From contig CAYFQZ010000544.1 of NCBI GenBank assembly GCA_964345305.1, forward strand, positions 1-34,589: a stretch of DNA of 34,589 nucleotides, in the 5' to 3' direction. The stretch is from an uncultured Ignavibacteria bacterium. GTDB taxonomy: Bacteria; Zixibacteria; MSB-5A5; SM1-73. This document shows, in pieces, positions 32,204-34,589 of this stretch. Numbering within the stretch: the stretch's first letter is position 1; every line of letters begins with the position of its first letter. The translations under genes and the position numbers were made by a program. A model generated the notes under the pieces. It saw nothing but the letters and a program-made list of their open reading frames with translations, searched no databases and was not told the origin of the DNA.

Positions 32204-33466
32204 CTACCAGAGCTTCCTTGGATCCGTAATCCTGCCCTCCACCGCGGAAGCTGCTACAGTGGCAGGGCTGCAGAGATAGACTTCTGCGCCTTTTCCCAAT
32301 TTTCCCAAAAAGTTCCGATTGGAGGTTGACAAGAGAATGTCTCCTTTTCCCAGCACCCCGTGATGCCCGGAGGTGCACAGGCTGCATCCAGGATTGGTCA
32401 CCATGGCACCAACACCCATGAAGATCTGATAGAACCCCGCCTCGAGCATGTTCATGGCCACCTCTTTCGTCGCCGGGGTCACAATCATTCTCACGTCCGG
32501 GTGAATCTTTCCGGCCTTCTTGAGAATCTTTGCCGCTGCCTTGAAATCCTCCAGCCTTCCGTTGGTACACGAGCCCATGAAGCCCTCGTTGAAAGGCCTG
32601 CCTTCCACCTCCTCCACCGGCTTCACGTTTTCCGGAGTGTGCGGACAGGCGATCTGGGGAGTCAACCTGTCCACGTCGATCTCCACCTCGTCAACGAAGC
32701 TGGCATCCTCGTCCGATGTGACTATTTCCAAATCGTCTCCGCATCTTTGGCGCAAAAACTCCAGGGGCTCTCCATTAGGCTCGACAAAGCCAATCTTGGC
32801 ATTGACCTCAGTCATCATACTTCCCAGGGTCAAGCGTCCCGCCAAAGAAAGATTGTCGATAGGCTCGCCGCAGAGCTCCAGGGATCTGTAGTTGGGCATA
32901 TCGGTGCCTATCTCCTTGACGAACTTGAGGGTCACATCTTTGGCAGAGACCGGCTCCTTGTAGCTCCCCTTGAAGGTTACCTTGATGGTCTCCGGAACTT
33001 TGAACCAAAGTTTTCCGGAGTACCAGGCTGCCACGATGTCGGTATTTCCGACACCTGAGGCGAAGGAACCGACTGAGCCGAGAAGATTCATGTGACTGTC
33101 CGTGCCGATCACCACAGATCCGGGCCTGATCATCCCCCTTTCCAGAAGAACGTGCTGACCGATTCCCCAATTGACGTCAAACAGATTCTTTATCCGCTGT
33201 CTTTTAGCGAACTCCCGGCACAGGGCCTGGTTTTGTGCCACCTTCATGTCTTTGGCCGGCGCCTGGTAGTCGAACGTCAGCGCAATCTTTTCGGGGTCTT
33301 TCACCTTGCCCCTGTTGGTAAACCTGTCGAACTCCAGGACCGCATTGGGTCCGCCGAAATCGCGGATAACCGCCAGATCAACCTCCGCCCAAACGCGATC
33401 GTTTGCCGACACATCTTGCCCGGATGCCCTGGATAGTATCTTCTCGATCGTGGTCTTTCCGGCCAT
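32204..33466 (-). CDS. leuC: Aconitase-family 3-isopropylmalate/homoaconitate dehydratase large subunit
   Basis: I prefer ATG 33466 (MAGKTTIEKILSRASG...), preceded by GGAGAAGAG. Motifs are VIGTDSHMNLLG, GSCTNGRLEDF and PGCSLCTSGHHGVLGKGDILLSTSNRNFLGKLG, which carry the Fe-S cluster cysteines. It is the short, archaeal/Thermotoga-type length. Confidence 0.85.
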   Translation of the reverse strand: MAGKTTIEKILSRASGQDVSANDRVWAEVDLAVIRDFGGPNAVLEFDRFTNRGKVKDPEKIALTFDYQAPAKDMKVAQNQALCREFAKRQRIKNLFDVNWGIGQHVLLERGMIRPGSVVIGTDSHMNLLGSVGSFASGVGNTDIVAAWYSGKLWFKVPETIKVTFKGSYKEPVSAKDVTLKFVKEIGTDMPNYRSLELCGEPIDNLSLAGRLTLGSMMTEVNAKIGFVEPNGEPLEFLRQRCGDDLEIVTSDEDASFVDEVEIDVDRLTPQIACPHTPENVKPVEEVEGRPFNEGFMGSCTNGRLEDFKAAAKILKKAGKIHPDVRMIVTPATKEVAMNMLEAGFYQIFMGVGAMVTNPGCSLCTSGHHGVLGKGDILLSTSNRNFLGKLGKGAEVYLCSPATVAASAVEGRITDPRKLW

Positions 33467-33560
33467 GCTTCTCTTCTCCAATCTGATCTTATCGTTCCGA
33501 ACCAGTGCAGATATAGGCGAAGGGCTCAACCTCCCACCATAGGAGAACGAGGGTTCTTCG

Positions 33561-34589
33561 CTACATTTCGGGCTCGTATTCGTGCGCGAACTTTATTCTC
33601 TTCGATACCGGCGGATGGTCATAGAGTAAAAACTCAATTACGGGACTGGGTTCCGGGTCAGAGAGATTCATGTAGGCCAACTTCTCCATGGCAGAGACGA
33701 AGGCCTCGTTCTTGTGGGTCATGTCCAGGGCAAACTTGTCTGTTTGCCTCTCCATCTGTCTGGAGAGCGCGGGGAATACCGGCATGGTGAACAGGCCGTA
33801 GAGCGTGAAGATCAGCAGGATTACAGGCAAGCCTGCCACATCAGCCGTATTTTCGATTTTCATTCGATGCCTGAATCTGGTTATGACTTTGGGTCCGGTC
33901 AGATGAATCAGGAAGAATCCGATAGCCGACATGATCGCGGAGTAGAGTATTCCCAGCCAGATATGATGCATCAGATTATGCCCCATCTCGTGCGCGATCA
34001 CCACTTCGATCTCGTCCGTGGTGAACTCGTCGAGCAGATTGTCGCCCAGCACGATCCTCTTGGTGTTGCCCAGCCCGGTGAACATCGCGTTCGCCTTCTT
34101 GGTCTGCTTGCTCATGTCCATGGTGAAAATATCCTCCACCTGGACATCTGCCTTCCGGGATAGACTCACCAGCCTGTCCCTCAGTTCACCCTCCGGCAGG
34201 GGCGTGTACACGTTGAAAAGGGGCATGATCAGAATCGGGGCCAGGTTTACCAGCACGATAGTGAAGAGAATGAAGACGGCGGAGACGTAAATCCACCAGG
34301 TCCTGGGCGCTTTCTTCAAGAGGAGGTATATGACTTCCACCGCGATCAGAGCGATGATGGCCAGAACCATCAGGGCCAGAAGCTGCTCTCCAAACCATTG
34401 CGAAAAGGATTGGTTGGAAAGACCGAACCGGTGCTCCAGGTTGAACCCGTAGTAGCTGGAAGGAAAGCCAACTATAAAGACGATGATCAGAAACATGATG
34501 GTGTAGAAAGCCACCACCCAGAAACGCCTCTTGGTGATCTTTTCGATCTGCTTTCGCAGAAAGGCAGAGATCCCAAGAAACAGGAACAG
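33561..34589 (-). CDS. Ste24/HtpX-type M48 zinc metallopeptidase (5'-truncated by the window edge)
   Basis: The frame is open to the window end, and 34518-34589 still translates without a stop in frame. It has multiple TM helices, the Ste24-like N-domain segment YYGFNLEHRFGLSNQSF, the HEXXH motif VIAHEMGHNLMHH, and a downstream glutamate in MERQTDKFALD. Confidence 0.85.
   Translation of the reverse strand: MFLFLGISAFLRKQIEKITKRRFWVVAFYTIMFLIIVFIVGFPSSYYGFNLEHRFGLSNQSFSQWFGEQLLALMVLAIIALIAVEVIYLLLKKAPRTWWIYVSAVFILFTIVLVNLAPILIMPLFNVYTPLPEGELRDRLVSLSRKADVQVEDIFTMDMSKQTKKANAMFTGLGNTKRIVLGDNLLDEFTTDEIEVVIAHEMGHNLMHHIWLGILYSAIMSAIGFFLIHLTGPKVITRFRHRMKIENTADVAGLPVILLIFTLYGLFTMPVFPALSRQMERQTDKFALDMTHKNEAFVSAMEKLAYMNLSDPEPSPVIEFLLYDHPPVSKRIKFAHEYEPEM

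Noticed and set aside
1-34589. Scan for CRISPR arrays, IS elements or transposases, integrases, phage genes, toxin-antitoxin pairs and rRNA/tRNA genes
   Set aside because: I saw no direct-repeat/spacer arrays, no terminal inverted repeats flanking a transposase-like ORF, no recombinase motifs, and no tRNA cloverleaf or rRNA signature strings by eye. Absence is not proven without tools.

Overview
Bacterial chromosomal window, moderately GC-rich by eye (not computed). All family assignments come from motif recognition by eye, because no searches could be run. Shine-Dalgarno sites and two near-consensus sigma70 promoters are visible.

Most of the window is a minus-strand cell-envelope/secretion locus. 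Reading the minus strand from high to low coordinates:
- a 5'-truncated Ste24-type M48 peptidase
- a LeuC/HacA-type dehydratase large subunit
- a class II aldolase
- a consensus promoter
- a PorU-like C25 peptidase with a T9SS/FlgD-Ig-type C-terminal domain
- a PorV-like outer-membrane barrel interrupted by a ~530-aa LysM-like/propeller insertion
- an M6 (InhA-like) metalloprotease-FG-GAP-CTD cargo protein
- two tandem paralogous membrane proteins
- an intrinsic terminator
- an NHL-repeat protein
- a 1182-aa predicted outer-membrane protein of no family I recognise
- a 2-POTRA Omp85 protein
- a UbiA prenyltransferase with archaeal DGGGP-synthase-type motifs

The plus strand carries a soluble GAF-PAS histidine kinase. 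It is followed by a Ser/Thr-kinase/AAA/TPR (STAND-type) protein whose TPR array is cut by a single in-frame TAA.

The left end holds a second C25 peptidase that ends in a dockerin instead of a T9SS tail. A 27-codon ORF with a perfect SD and its own terminator sits in the 870-bp gap at 10.1-10.97 kb.

I saw no rRNA, tRNA, CRISPR array, IS element or integrase.

The most promising candidates for undescribed biology are the decorated PorV-like barrel with its PorU-like partner, and the NHL/giant-barrel/Omp85/UbiA operon.
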